DNA from: Ostreococcus tauri
Taxonomy: Eukaryota
DNA: 32,000 nt
Assembly (NCBI GenBank): GCA_000214015.2
Contig: CAID01000020.2
Span: 84,641-116,640 of the forward strand
Direction of reading: 5' to 3'
The position numbers and the translations under genes are program-made. Under the pieces are notes generated by a model. The model ran no database searches. It was not told the DNA's origin and was given only the letters and a program-made list of their open reading frames with translations. This document shows positions 1-8,197 of the stretch, in pieces (position 1 is the stretch's first letter; each line of letters begins with the position of its first letter).

Positions 1-1
1 G

Positions 2-277
2 ATCAAGCGCGCGATGATCATCGGCGCCGATTTCTACGAGAGCGATGAGAAGAAGGCGAGTCTGCTCGCCTCGGGTGAGGTTCCGGTGGGCATTGGCGAG
101 GGAACGATCATTGAAAACGCCATCATCGACAAGAACGCGCGCGTGGGGAAAAACTGCGTCATCACCAACGCCGCCGGCGTGGAAGATCTCGCGGATGAAG
201 AAAGAGGGGTCTTCATTCGTAACGGTATCATCACCATTCTCAGAAACTGCACCATTCCGGACGGCACCATCATCTAA
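2..277 (+). CDS. ADP-glucose pyrophosphorylase (glucose-1-phosphate adenylyltransferase), C-terminal fragment; the 5' part lies off the left edge
   Basis: The frame is open from nt 2. The translation IKRAMIIGADFYESDEKKASLLASGEVPVGIGEGTIIENAIIDKNARVGKNCVITN...GVFIRNGIITILRNCTIPDGTII* matches the conserved C-terminal beta-helix region of plant/cyanobacterial AGPase (IIDKNARIG-type motif). Stop is at 275-277. Confidence 0.9.
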   Translation: MKRAMIIGADFYESDEKKASLLASGEVPVGIGEGTIIENAIIDKNARVGKNCVITNAAGVEDLADEERGVFIRNGIITILRNCTIPDGTII

Positions 278-586
278 CGCGCCGAATCGACGAAGGACGC
301 GCGAAGACGACGACGGATGACGCGACGCGTCATCCGTCGCTCCCGCGAGACGCAGACAGAGAGTAAAGTCATCACGACCCGCCATGTAACGCAAGCGAGT
401 GTAAAAAATCGCCAAATCACACGCACCGCCCGCGCCCGCGTCCACACCGACCGCGTTCGACCTCTCGCGTCTTCCCCCCCGCGTCCCGAACACCCGCATT
501 CGCCCCATCCGTCTCCACTTCCCCACCCCTTTCGATTCAACCTCTCGAGTCCCATCGCGCGTCCCGACGACGACGTCACCGCGGGC

Positions 587-2416
587 ATGCGCGACGGCTT
601 TCGCGACGTCACCGTCGAGCGCGCCGCCTTTCTCGCGTGCGCGCTCGGCTTGACGCTCTGGGGCTACCCGCTCGGCGTCACCGCCGTGGCCGTGCTCTCG
701 CCCGAACAGCTCCAGCGCTCCGTCAAGGGCGTCGGCGCGTTCGACGTCGAGACCGCCGGCGCGCTCGTGGCGTCGCACGGCGCGGGGGCGCTGCTGGGAG
801 CGATGGCGTTGGTGACGCCGCGACCGGGCGGAGGCGCGTCGTGGGCGGACGCGAGCGGACGGAGGAAGATGTTGCGCGCGTCGGCGGTGATTTACGGCAT
901 CGCGAGCCTAGGGATGAGCGTGACGCCGATCGGAGGGGTGGGTGTGAGGAGCGTGGGGGGAGAACGGTTGGCTATCGGGTGGTTTATGTTTTTTAGAACG
1001 ATGTACGGGTTCGCGTGCGGGACGTGCTTCCCGACGACGTACGCGTACGTGGGAGAGACGACGTCGACGAAGAGTCGGGGGAGGATGTTGGTCGCGTTGG
1101 GGGTGGTTGAGATGATCGGGGAATTGTTCGGTGATTTCACTGGGTTGGCGCTCGAACGCATGCGCGGGGCGTGGAGGATTTTGTTAGCGCTCCCGATGCC
1201 CGTCGCGTTCGCGTATTACAATCTCGTGAACACGATTCCGGAGAGTCCGAGGTGGTTGGTCTTGAGGGCGACGAACGAGGCTTCGGGACGAGTCGGATCG
1301 AAGACGGACGCGGAGACGGGCGGGGTGACGCGACGGGATGAGAGCGCGTGGACGTACGAGGATTTAGATTTGACCGAGGCGAGACGCGCGGAGAGCATAT
1401 TTCGCAACGATCGTTCCACGTCCGTCTCCGACGTGTTTTTCCGGCGAAGGAAAAAGATAGATGGCGGTGGTGCCATCTCCGAGGTCTTCAGGGTCCCAGG
1501 GGAGGGCGAGCAGAGCCAGGCGTGTCGCGACGAAATCGAGCGCGAATTGCGCTCCATCGCCGACGTCATCATCAAGGCTCGAAAAGAGACTAAGAAGCAC
1601 TCGTGCGCGGCGATCGCGAACGCGCCGTCGACGAGACGCGCGATGACGATCGCTTTCGGCTTGACGGCGTTCAACGCCCTCAGCGGCGCCCCGGCGTTGA
1701 GCTTTTTCGCCAAACACGTGTTCGAGATGACGGGTCACTCACCGACGATCGCGACCTCGATGACGCTCGGATACGCCTTCGCCAAGCTCGCAGCGACGGT
1801 CGCGGTGTGTTTGACTTTGGAATACGTCGGACGTCGTCGCATGCTCACCGTCGGCGTCGGCATCCAAGCCCTGGCTTGCGTCATCTTGGCGTTTGTCTTT
1901 GACGGCGTCGCCTGGATCGAGGACCCACGACACGCCGTGAGCTTCCAAATCCTCTCCGGGTTCCTCGCCACGACCGCAGACTTTTGTGTTTACGCCTGCG
2001 GCATCGGTCATGCCCTCGGATTTTGGGCCTTGGCCGTGCCGCTGAGTAACGAGGTGTGCCCGCTTCGCGCGCGGGCGATGATTTTAGCCATCAACTCGGC
2101 GTTCAATTGGGCCCTCCAAACGCTCGCCATGAGATTCTTCCCGGTCATGATGAAGCACCCCGGGCTGAGTTACACGTTTGGCTCCTTCGCCTTCTGTCTC
2201 ATCACCTCTCTGGCGTTCATCCGAGCGTTCGTTCCGGAGACCAAAGGCCGAACGCTCGAGCGCATCGAGACGGCGATGACGGAGGAACACACCCTGAGCG
2301 CCGTCGTTCGACGCCTCGCGCGGGAGCGCGACGGAGAGGATAAAATGATCGAAACCGCGAGTTTACTCGGCGACGACCGCGATTTGACCTACGTCGACCG
2401 ACGGATGACTCGGTGA
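587..2416 (+). CDS. Major facilitator superfamily transporter, sugar-porter family, with an unusually long charged central loop
   Basis: Track ORF is 317..2416. ATG 587 (MRDGFRDVTVERAAFLACALGLTLWGY) immediately precedes the first hydrophobic segment, and the 317-586 portion is Arg/Pro-rich leader-like sequence. Sugar-porter signatures are PESPRWLV after the sixth hydrophobic segment, EYVGRRRML, and PETKGRTLERIE near the C-terminus. Confidence 0.85.
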   Translation: MRDGFRDVTVERAAFLACALGLTLWGYPLGVTAVAVLSPEQLQRSVKGVGAFDVETAGALVASHGAGALLGAMALVTPRPGGGASWADASGRRKMLRASAVIYGIASLGMSVTPIGGVGVRSVGGERLAIGWFMFFRTMYGFACGTCFPTTYAYVGETTSTKSRGRMLVALGVVEMIGELFGDFTGLALERMRGAWRILLALPMPVAFAYYNLVNTIPESPRWLVLRATNEASGRVGSKTDAETGGVTRRDESAWTYEDLDLTEARRAESIFRNDRSTSVSDVFFRRRKKIDGGGAISEVFRVPGEGEQSQACRDEIERELRSIADVIIKARKETKKHSCAAIANAPSTRRAMTIAFGLTAFNALSGAPALSFFAKHVFEMTGHSPTIATSMTLGYAFAKLAATVAVCLTLEYVGRRRMLTVGVGIQALACVILAFVFDGVAWIEDPRHAVSFQILSGFLATTADFCVYACGIGHALGFWALAVPLSNEVCPLRARAMILAINSAFNWALQTLAMRFFPVMMKHPGLSYTFGSFAFCLITSLAFIRAFVPETKGRTLERIETAMTEEHTLSAVVRRLARERDGEDKMIETASLLGDDRDLTYVDRRMTR

Positions 2417-2847
2417 CGGACCGACGGCGACGTTCCGCGCAAACTACGGAAACGTGTACAATATGACCATGAGCCGTCGACACCCGCACCAAGAACAAAC
2501 ACATAGCCCGAAACGACGTACAATACGTCACATGCCGCGACGGGGCCTCGCCGAGCCGCCAGAGCATGACTCGCGCGCGCTCCTCCCTCGCGTCTCCGCG
2601 CGTGCGCGCGCGCGAGGGCTTTGGACGCTCGCGCGCGACCGCGCGCGCGCGCCGACATCGCGTCGCCGCCGCGCGAACGTCGAGCGACGACGCGCGGGTC
2701 GTCACGATTCGACATTCGGACGTTTTGAGAACGAAAGCCGCGCAGGGGACGCCCCGGACGACGCCGCGCGATTTCGCGCCGAGAGAGACGCGCGTGGACG
2801 CGCGCGGCGTCGTGTGTGATTTCGGTCGCGGCGTGGAGCGAAGAGCG

Positions 2848-2869
2848 ATGGAACATCCGACGATGTCGA

Positions 2870-2902
<33 letters not shown>

Positions 2903-4194
2903 CGCTTCTCGCGCGACGGCTCGTGTCATCGGAATCGACGCGGAAGAAGACGGTGGTGCTCGGGGCGGGGTTCGCTGGGTGTGAATTGGCGAGAGATTTG
3001 GCGTCGTCGCGAGACGTTCGTGTTTTGGACGTGAAGGAGTATTTCGAGTACGTTCCGGCGACGCCGGCGGCGCTCGCCGGGAACGCGCCGTTGAGAAGAA
3101 TCTCAAACAGCAATAGGTTCGCGAGTAAGCGAGAGCGGTCCTTGACGGTGCCGTATAAGAAGATTTTACCGCGCTCGGTGGGGTTCACGTGCGTGCAGAG
3201 TGGGGAGATTAAGGTGTGCGAGGATCACGTCGTCGCCGACGGCGAGCGCATCGATTACGACGAGCTCGTCGTCGCCACTGGGTCGAGATACGGGAATGCG
3301 GCGCTCAAGGCGAGACCAGGAAGTGAGCGGGCGCGAACGCGCTCGGGAAGGAGGGAGCAGATCGCCGAGGCGCGGGCGATGTTGGAGGGTGGGAAGACGG
3401 TTGTCATCGTCGGCGGCGGCGCCGTCGGCGTCGAGCTCGCGAGCGAGCTCGGCGCTCGGGCAAAGGAGTTGAACACCGGCGCGAAGGTTTTACTCTTACA
3501 CAACGGCCAGCGATTGCTCGATGGGATGCCCAAGGCGGTGGCGCAGTACGCCGCGGACGTGCTCGTTCGCCAAGGCGTGAGCGTGTACCTCGGGCAGACG
3601 TATAATCGTATCGGGACGACGTTCGTGGGACGAATGAACGAAAATGTCATCAAATCCGATCACTACGTCATGTGCGTTGGGTCTAAGCCGAACACGGAGT
3701 ACCTCAAGCAAACCGGGGTGGAGGACGAGGAGACGATCAACGTCCCGCTCGACGCGCTCGGCCGGGTGCGCATCGACGAAGGTACGCGCCAAGTCATCGG
3801 GTACGACAACGTCTACGCCGTAGGTGACTGCGCGTGCAAGCTTCCTGATCAATCATTGGCGTCGTACGCGCACTGGGAGGCGGAGTACGTCGCCAAGCGC
3901 ATCGCGTGCGATGGAGACGAACGCAAATTGAGACAACTAGGCTTGTACGCGGTGCCGCCGCGCATTGTGGCGGTATCGCTCGGTCCCCGAGACGGCGTCG
4001 TCTCCTGGGGTGACGCCGTCGTCGCTCGCGGAATTTTTGCCGCTATGATCAAGTGTTTGGTGCAGTTCTGGTTCGTGCGCTTCTTGCCGGCGCCGTACGC
4101 CATCATGAAGCGCTTACCGAGCCTGAAGAACAAACCGCCGGCGAGCGTAATCTTACTCGCACCGCCCACCATCTCTGCCGCGCCCGCGAGTTAG
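2848..4194 (+). CDS. FAD/NAD(P)-dependent pyridine-nucleotide-disulfide oxidoreductase, AIF/FSP1- or NDH-2-like
   Basis: Track ORF is 2566..4194. In-frame ATG 2848 opens a presequence-like MEHPTMSMAAAAAAAAAATLLARRL. There are two Rossmann motifs (VVLGAGFAGCE and VVIVGGGAVGVELASE) and the distal FAD motif YAVGDCA. The 2566-2847 part is Arg-rich and not protein-like. Confidence 0.8.
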
Positions 4195-4368
4195 ATCGAA
4201 TCAGACGAGGTGACACCACCGATGTGTCATGGACGGCACGGCATTCCACGCAACATCTCGCGCGTAGTTCGAAATATCAAGCGCATCGATACCACCGCGA
4301 ATCGTCGGTTCATTTTCGCCAAATTGGGAGACGAAGGGACGCGCGGCGAAATCCGCCTCAGAAACGCA

Positions 4369-4389
4369 CGCGCGCGCGCGCGCGCGCGC
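4369..4389. repeat. (CG)10 alternating purine-pyrimidine tract in the spacer upstream of the 4475 gene
   Basis: Direct reading: cgcgcgcgcgcgcgcgcgcgc, flanked by further CG-rich sequence. Confidence 0.9.
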
Positions 4390-4474
4390 ACTCGCGCGCC
4401 GCCGACGAATTAATATTCACACTCGCGACGCGCACGAATCGCCGCTCGCGTCAATCTCGTCGCTCGCGATCGAC

Positions 4475-5305
4475 ATGCCGCAGACGTGCACGGTGGAGAG
4501 CCCGGCGCTGGACATTGAGGCGAGCGAGCTCTGGCGGGCGCGAACGACGGAGGATTTCATGGCGTGCGAACGCGAGGTTTTCAACGACGTCGCCTCCGCG
4601 ATCGTGCTCTACGAACGTCGAGACCACGAGGCGGGCGCATCGTCCACGGCGCGATACGTCGTGCGAACGCGCACGCGGGTGACGATGCCGTACCTGGCGC
4701 GCAAGGCGCTCGGGTCGCGGAGCGGGGCGAGCGTGGACGTCTTCGACGATTACGTCGTGGATGAGATTCAGGGCACGGCGCCATTTTTATACGAGGCGTG
4801 CTTACGGTCGTACACCACGCACCTGTCGCCCTCGAACAGCGTGATTCGGGGCGTCGTGCGGTGCAAGTCTGTGGACGGCGGCGCTCGATGCGAGCTCGCG
4901 GTGCGCGTCGAGTGCGCGGTCAAGGCGTCGGGACCGTTCGGGAGCGCGATCGAGCGAGCGATGATTGGGACGATGCGAGAAAAGTTGCACGCCTACCCAC
5001 GGGTGGTGGAGCTCTACAAGACTAGGAGGGCGTTGGTGGAGACGCGCCGCGCCGCGCGCGCGTTGGCGCGGGCGAAATCCACCGAAGGCGAAGAATTTCA
5101 TTCCGTGATTAACACGAGCGACGACGAGTCGGCGTACGAATCCGACATCGGTGGCGACGCCGCTTTACGTCGTCACGGCAACGCCGAGACGTCACGCATT
5201 GGTGATTCCACCGCCGACGCGCCTGATTCGGTGACTGTAACCGCGGACGCGAGTCGCGCGTGTTGCGTCCCGCGACGCGGCTCAAAGACTAGAAAAATCC
5301 CATAG
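4475..5305 (+). CDS. Hypothetical protein (276 aa); a globular N-terminal ~190 aa followed by an acidic/Ser-rich tail
   Basis: ATG-initiated ORF with balanced, non-shadow composition (FMACEREVFNDVASAIVLYERRDHE..., ...GPFGSAIERAMIGTMREKLHAYPRVVELYKTRRAL). The alternating strand-like segments ending in a long helix could be an SRPBCC/START-like fold, but I recognise no diagnostic motif. Confidence 0.55.
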   Translation: MPQTCTVESPALDIEASELWRARTTEDFMACEREVFNDVASAIVLYERRDHEAGASSTARYVVRTRTRVTMPYLARKALGSRSGASVDVFDDYVVDEIQGTAPFLYEACLRSYTTHLSPSNSVIRGVVRCKSVDGGARCELAVRVECAVKASGPFGSAIERAMIGTMREKLHAYPRVVELYKTRRALVETRRAARALARAKSTEGEEFHSVINTSDDESAYESDIGGDAALRRHGNAETSRIGDSTADAPDSVTVTADASRACCVPRRGSKTRKIP

Positions 5306-5960
5306 CCGCCACTTTCGAAGGCACCTCGGCGAAACGTTTCATCTTGAACGGCGCTCGCGCATCCTCCGTCGTCGATGTCTTTGCGCTCGACGCGGCTCGA
5401 GGCTCGAGGCTCTCGTGAGACGACGCCCGCGCGCGCGCGACGCGCGCGCGCTCCATCCGTCTCGCCTCGATCCACGCGTCGGCGTACCGATGCTCGATGA
5501 CATCCGCGATGGATTCCGGCGCATCGCGCCATCGCGTTTCGTCTTCCGATCGCATCGCGCTCGGTCGACCGAACGTGAGCGTGTCGTCAATCTTCGTCGG
5601 TCTCGCGCGTCGCTCGCCCGAGCGCAACAGCGTCGGACGTTTCGCCGCGCGTCGAAACGCCCGCACCTGTTTACTCGTCACGCACTTCCCTTCCGACGTC
5701 GCGCGCTTGTTCATCGCCATTAAATCAATCCCGCCCGTGTACGCATTCCTCACGCGCGCGCCCACCGCGGGATCGCGCCAGACCAAGGCGTCCCCCGCGG
5801 TTTCGCTCGGCGCCGCCGCCGCGCGGCGCGCCGGCGCGCCGCCGCGCGCGCCGTCGGGAGCGAAGATCATCGTCTCGCGCGCGCGTCCGACGTCGGCGCG
5901 ATTGTTAATGAGCGCGTTCATCGCCATGCTCGGACGATCGAATCCGATTCGACCCTCCAT
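5289..5960 (-). CDS. Hypothetical protein (223 aa)
   Basis: ATG at 5960 (cat at 5958-5960 on +) and stop at 5289-5291. Composition is more protein-like than the overlapping + strand ORF 5497..6000 (for example DETRWRDAPESIADVIEHRYADAWIEARRMERARV, and C-terminal APFKMKRFAEVPSKVAAMGFF). No family recognised. Confidence 0.5.
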   Translation of the reverse strand: MEGRIGFDRPSMAMNALINNRADVGRARETMIFAPDGARGGAPARRAAAAPSETAGDALVWRDPAVGARVRNAYTGGIDLMAMNKRATSEGKCVTSKQVRAFRRAAKRPTLLRSGERRARPTKIDDTLTFGRPSAMRSEDETRWRDAPESIADVIEHRYADAWIEARRMERARVARARASSHESLEPRAASSAKTSTTEDARAPFKMKRFAEVPSKVAAMGFF

Positions 5961-5996
5961 CGCGCTCGCGCGCCGAGATGTGAGGCGTCCGTCGTC

Positions 5997-6156
5997 TTAA
6001 TTTAGCGCCATCCGTCGCCCGTTCCGTCGCCGCGCCGCCCTACGACTCCGGCGACGCCCGAGCGCTGGTTTTCGCCTTGGCCCTCGCGAGCCATCGTAAG
6101 TTGTTCTTTCCCGTCGGTCGCGGCGCCGCCGTCGACACCGTCGACGGCCCGCGTCC

Positions 6157-6188
<32 letters not shown>

Positions 6189-6210
6189 CGACGCCGTCGA
6201 CGCCGCGACG

Positions 6211-6243
<33 letters not shown>

Positions 6244-6512
6244 TCGCCGCCCGTCCCCGACATTTCCGACATTTCCGACCTTTCCGACGTCCCGACCCCC
6301 CCCCCAAACGCCCCACCGCCCGTGGTCGTCGACCATCCGCGTCCCGAACCGCGCGTCCATCCGTCGACGACGATTCCGCACCCGTCCCGCGTCTCGTCAA
6401 TCACCCCCCCCCGCGCGTCCTGCGCCGTCACCCCACGACGAACCCGTTCGCGAAACACCCTCAGCGCCTCGACGTCGACGTCGTCCCACATCGCCGCGAC
6501 CTCGATCGCCGC

Positions 6513-6544
<32 letters not shown>

Positions 6545-7091
6545 CGACCGCGTCGACCGCGTCGCACGCCTCGCGCACGCGCGCCGCGCACCTCTCGCTC
6601 GGCACCGCGCGACACGTCGGACACCGCAACGCCAACCCCCGATCGAGCATCGCGCGCCAACACCGCGCGTGGCACCCGTGCGCGCACGCGTCCGCGCTCG
6701 CCCGCGTCCCCGGCGTCGTCTCCCCGCACGCCCCGCACGCCACACGCTCCGCCCGCGCGTTCACGACCTCCACGACGTCACGGATGCGTTCAAAAACCAC
6801 GACCGACGCGCCCTCGTCCTCCCCAGCGTCCGCGACGGCGCGCTCGAGCTCGCGGGCGATCTCATCGAATGATTCTCTCGCGAGCCCGATCGCGTGCTCG
6901 AGCCCCCACCGCGCGCGCGCGCCGTGCGTGTGGACGCACGCGACGTCGACGCGGGCGTAGATCGACCCCGTGGCGTCCCGTCGCGGGACCACGGTCAAGC
7001 GGGCGACGGTGGCGTCGCCGATGGTGTCGATGGTGAATGCGTCGGTGGATTCGTACGTCGCGCGGAGCGCGTCGAGGTCGGCGCGTGACAT
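5997..7091 (-). CDS. RWD-like domain plus RING-H2 zinc-finger protein (putative E3 ubiquitin ligase, RNF25-like layout); the C-terminal third is low complexity and uncertain
   Basis: ATG at 7091. The N-terminus DLDALRATYESTDAFTIDTIG...ARVDVACVH...FERIRDVVEVV resembles an RWD fold. It is followed by CGAC-x13-CAHGCHARC-x12-CPTC, which is C-x2-C...C-x-H-x2-H-x2-C...C-x2-C (RING-H2). The tail (GV)n, (SA)n and Arg-rich stretch is encoded by microsatellites at 6159-6288. Confidence 0.65.
6159..6288. repeat. Cluster of in-CDS microsatellites: (gccgac)n, (ccgacc)n and a 9-mer catttccga x3
   Basis: Direct reading: gccgacgccgacgccgacgccgac..., ccgaccccgaccccgaccccgaccccgacc, catttccgacatttccgacctttccgac. 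All three minus-strand frames and one plus-strand frame (track ORF 6077..7036) are open across this block. Confidence 0.9.
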
Positions 7092-7189
7092 CGTGGGAAG
7101 GCGCGCGCGTCGCGTGGACGCGCGCGGGCGACGCGCGCGAGCGCGCGCGCGCGTCGGGGGGTGGACGATGTGTGACGGACGACGGCGAT

Positions 7190-7480
7190 GTGACGATTGT
7201 GAAAAATGGCGTCATCAATGTGACGAATCTCGAAAATGCCATCGGCATCACCGTGAGACGTCGTCTCGAAAACGCCGTCGTCATCACCGTGAGAATGACG
7301 TCGTCATCACCGTGAAACATCATCTCACAAATGACATCGTCATCACCGCGAGACATCCTCGAAAATGGCATCGACGTGAAACATCACATCAAAAGTATCA
7401 TCACCGTGAAACATCATCTCGAAAATGACATCGTCATCACCGCGAGACGTCGTCGAAAACGGCATCGACGCGAAACACGC
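7190..7480. repeat. Degenerate minisatellite of ~36-bp units (gtgaRacRtcRtctcgaaaaYgNcatcgtcatcacc) with a 94-bp higher-order repeat
   Basis: catcaccg recurs at 7246, 7282, 7305, 7341, 7399 and 7435 (spacings 36, 23, 36, 58, 36). Segments 7313-7383 and 7407-7478 align at roughly 90 percent identity. It lies in the divergent spacer between the RING gene (-) and the MiaB-like gene (+). Confidence 0.85.
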
Positions 7481-7582
7481 GTTGGCGCGCGTCCCCGGGG
7501 ACGCGCCGTCTCGACGCGCGCACGCGCGCGCGCACACTTTTCCGAGCACGCGCGCGCGCGCACTTTTCCAGTCACACTTTTG

Positions 7583-7601
7583 TAGGGTTTATGTAGGGTT
7601 T
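7583..7601 (-). promoter_or_regulatory. Two telo-box-like motifs (AAACCCTA on the minus strand) 11 bp apart
   Basis: The + strand reads tgTAGGGTTTatgTAGGGTTTcg. A third telomere-repeat 9-mer, agggtttag, is at 7724-7732, and a TTTAGGG unit is at 12341-12347, upstream of the bL19 gene. Confidence 0.5.
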
Positions 7602-7930
7602 CGTTTTTGGCATATTACGGGTTATTTTCATTAAATATGCACGAGAAGAACACGTAACGCGATGGACGTCACGCGTCGGCGATTTCAACGGGCGACGTCT
7701 CGAAAAAACATCAACGCACATCGAGGGTTTAGATGACGAATCAGCACTCGTGAATGACGTCAAAAAAAGTGTGCGCGCGATCGGTGCGTCACACCTTTTC
7801 GTGATTGAACACGGCGTGGTCGTCCCACGCGCGTCACCGCGCGCGTGACGCGCGTGCGCTCGGCCTCGATCACGCCTCGACCCGAGGGGTGCGCGTCTCT
7901 TCGAGTGGGCGTCGAAATCCTTCGTGGGGT

Positions 7931-8129
7931 TGTGTGTGTACGTACATCGGCTTTTCATATACCAATATACTGTATACACGTATACATATATTGTATGTAC
8001 GAAACCCACTGTGTGACTGACACACCCAGGGTTCATATGTGTGTACATACATAGTCTTATCATATACCAATATACAATACACGTATACATATATTGTATG
8101 TACGAAACCCGATGTGTGACACCACCGGG
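7931..8129. repeat. Tandem duplication (~105-bp period, 2 copies) of an AT-rich module
   Basis: catataccaatatac...acgtatacatatattgtatgtacgaaaccc occurs at 7956 and again at 8061. Each copy ends in gtgtgac(tg)acac(a/c)cc(a)ggg. Confidence 0.9.
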
Positions 8130-8197
8130 CGACGCCGCGCCGACCCCCGTGGATGGGCGCACTATGTGTACGATGATGGGTTCAAAACACACACAGT

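Noticed and set aside
2217-3188. A 323-aa minus-strand ORF spanning the MFS 3' end, the spacer and the oxidoreductase 5' end.
   Set aside because: It crosses two independently supported + strand genes, and its translation is Arg/Ala/Ser-rich with an A12 run that mirrors the + strand presequence. It is a shadow ORF.
7190-8129. Whether the regularly spaced repeats could be a CRISPR array or a transposon terminal structure.
   Set aside because: The context is eukaryotic. The repeats are degenerate and directly abutting, with no unique spacers of constant length. There are no terminal inverted repeats or target-site duplications, and no transposase or reverse-transcriptase ORF anywhere in the window.
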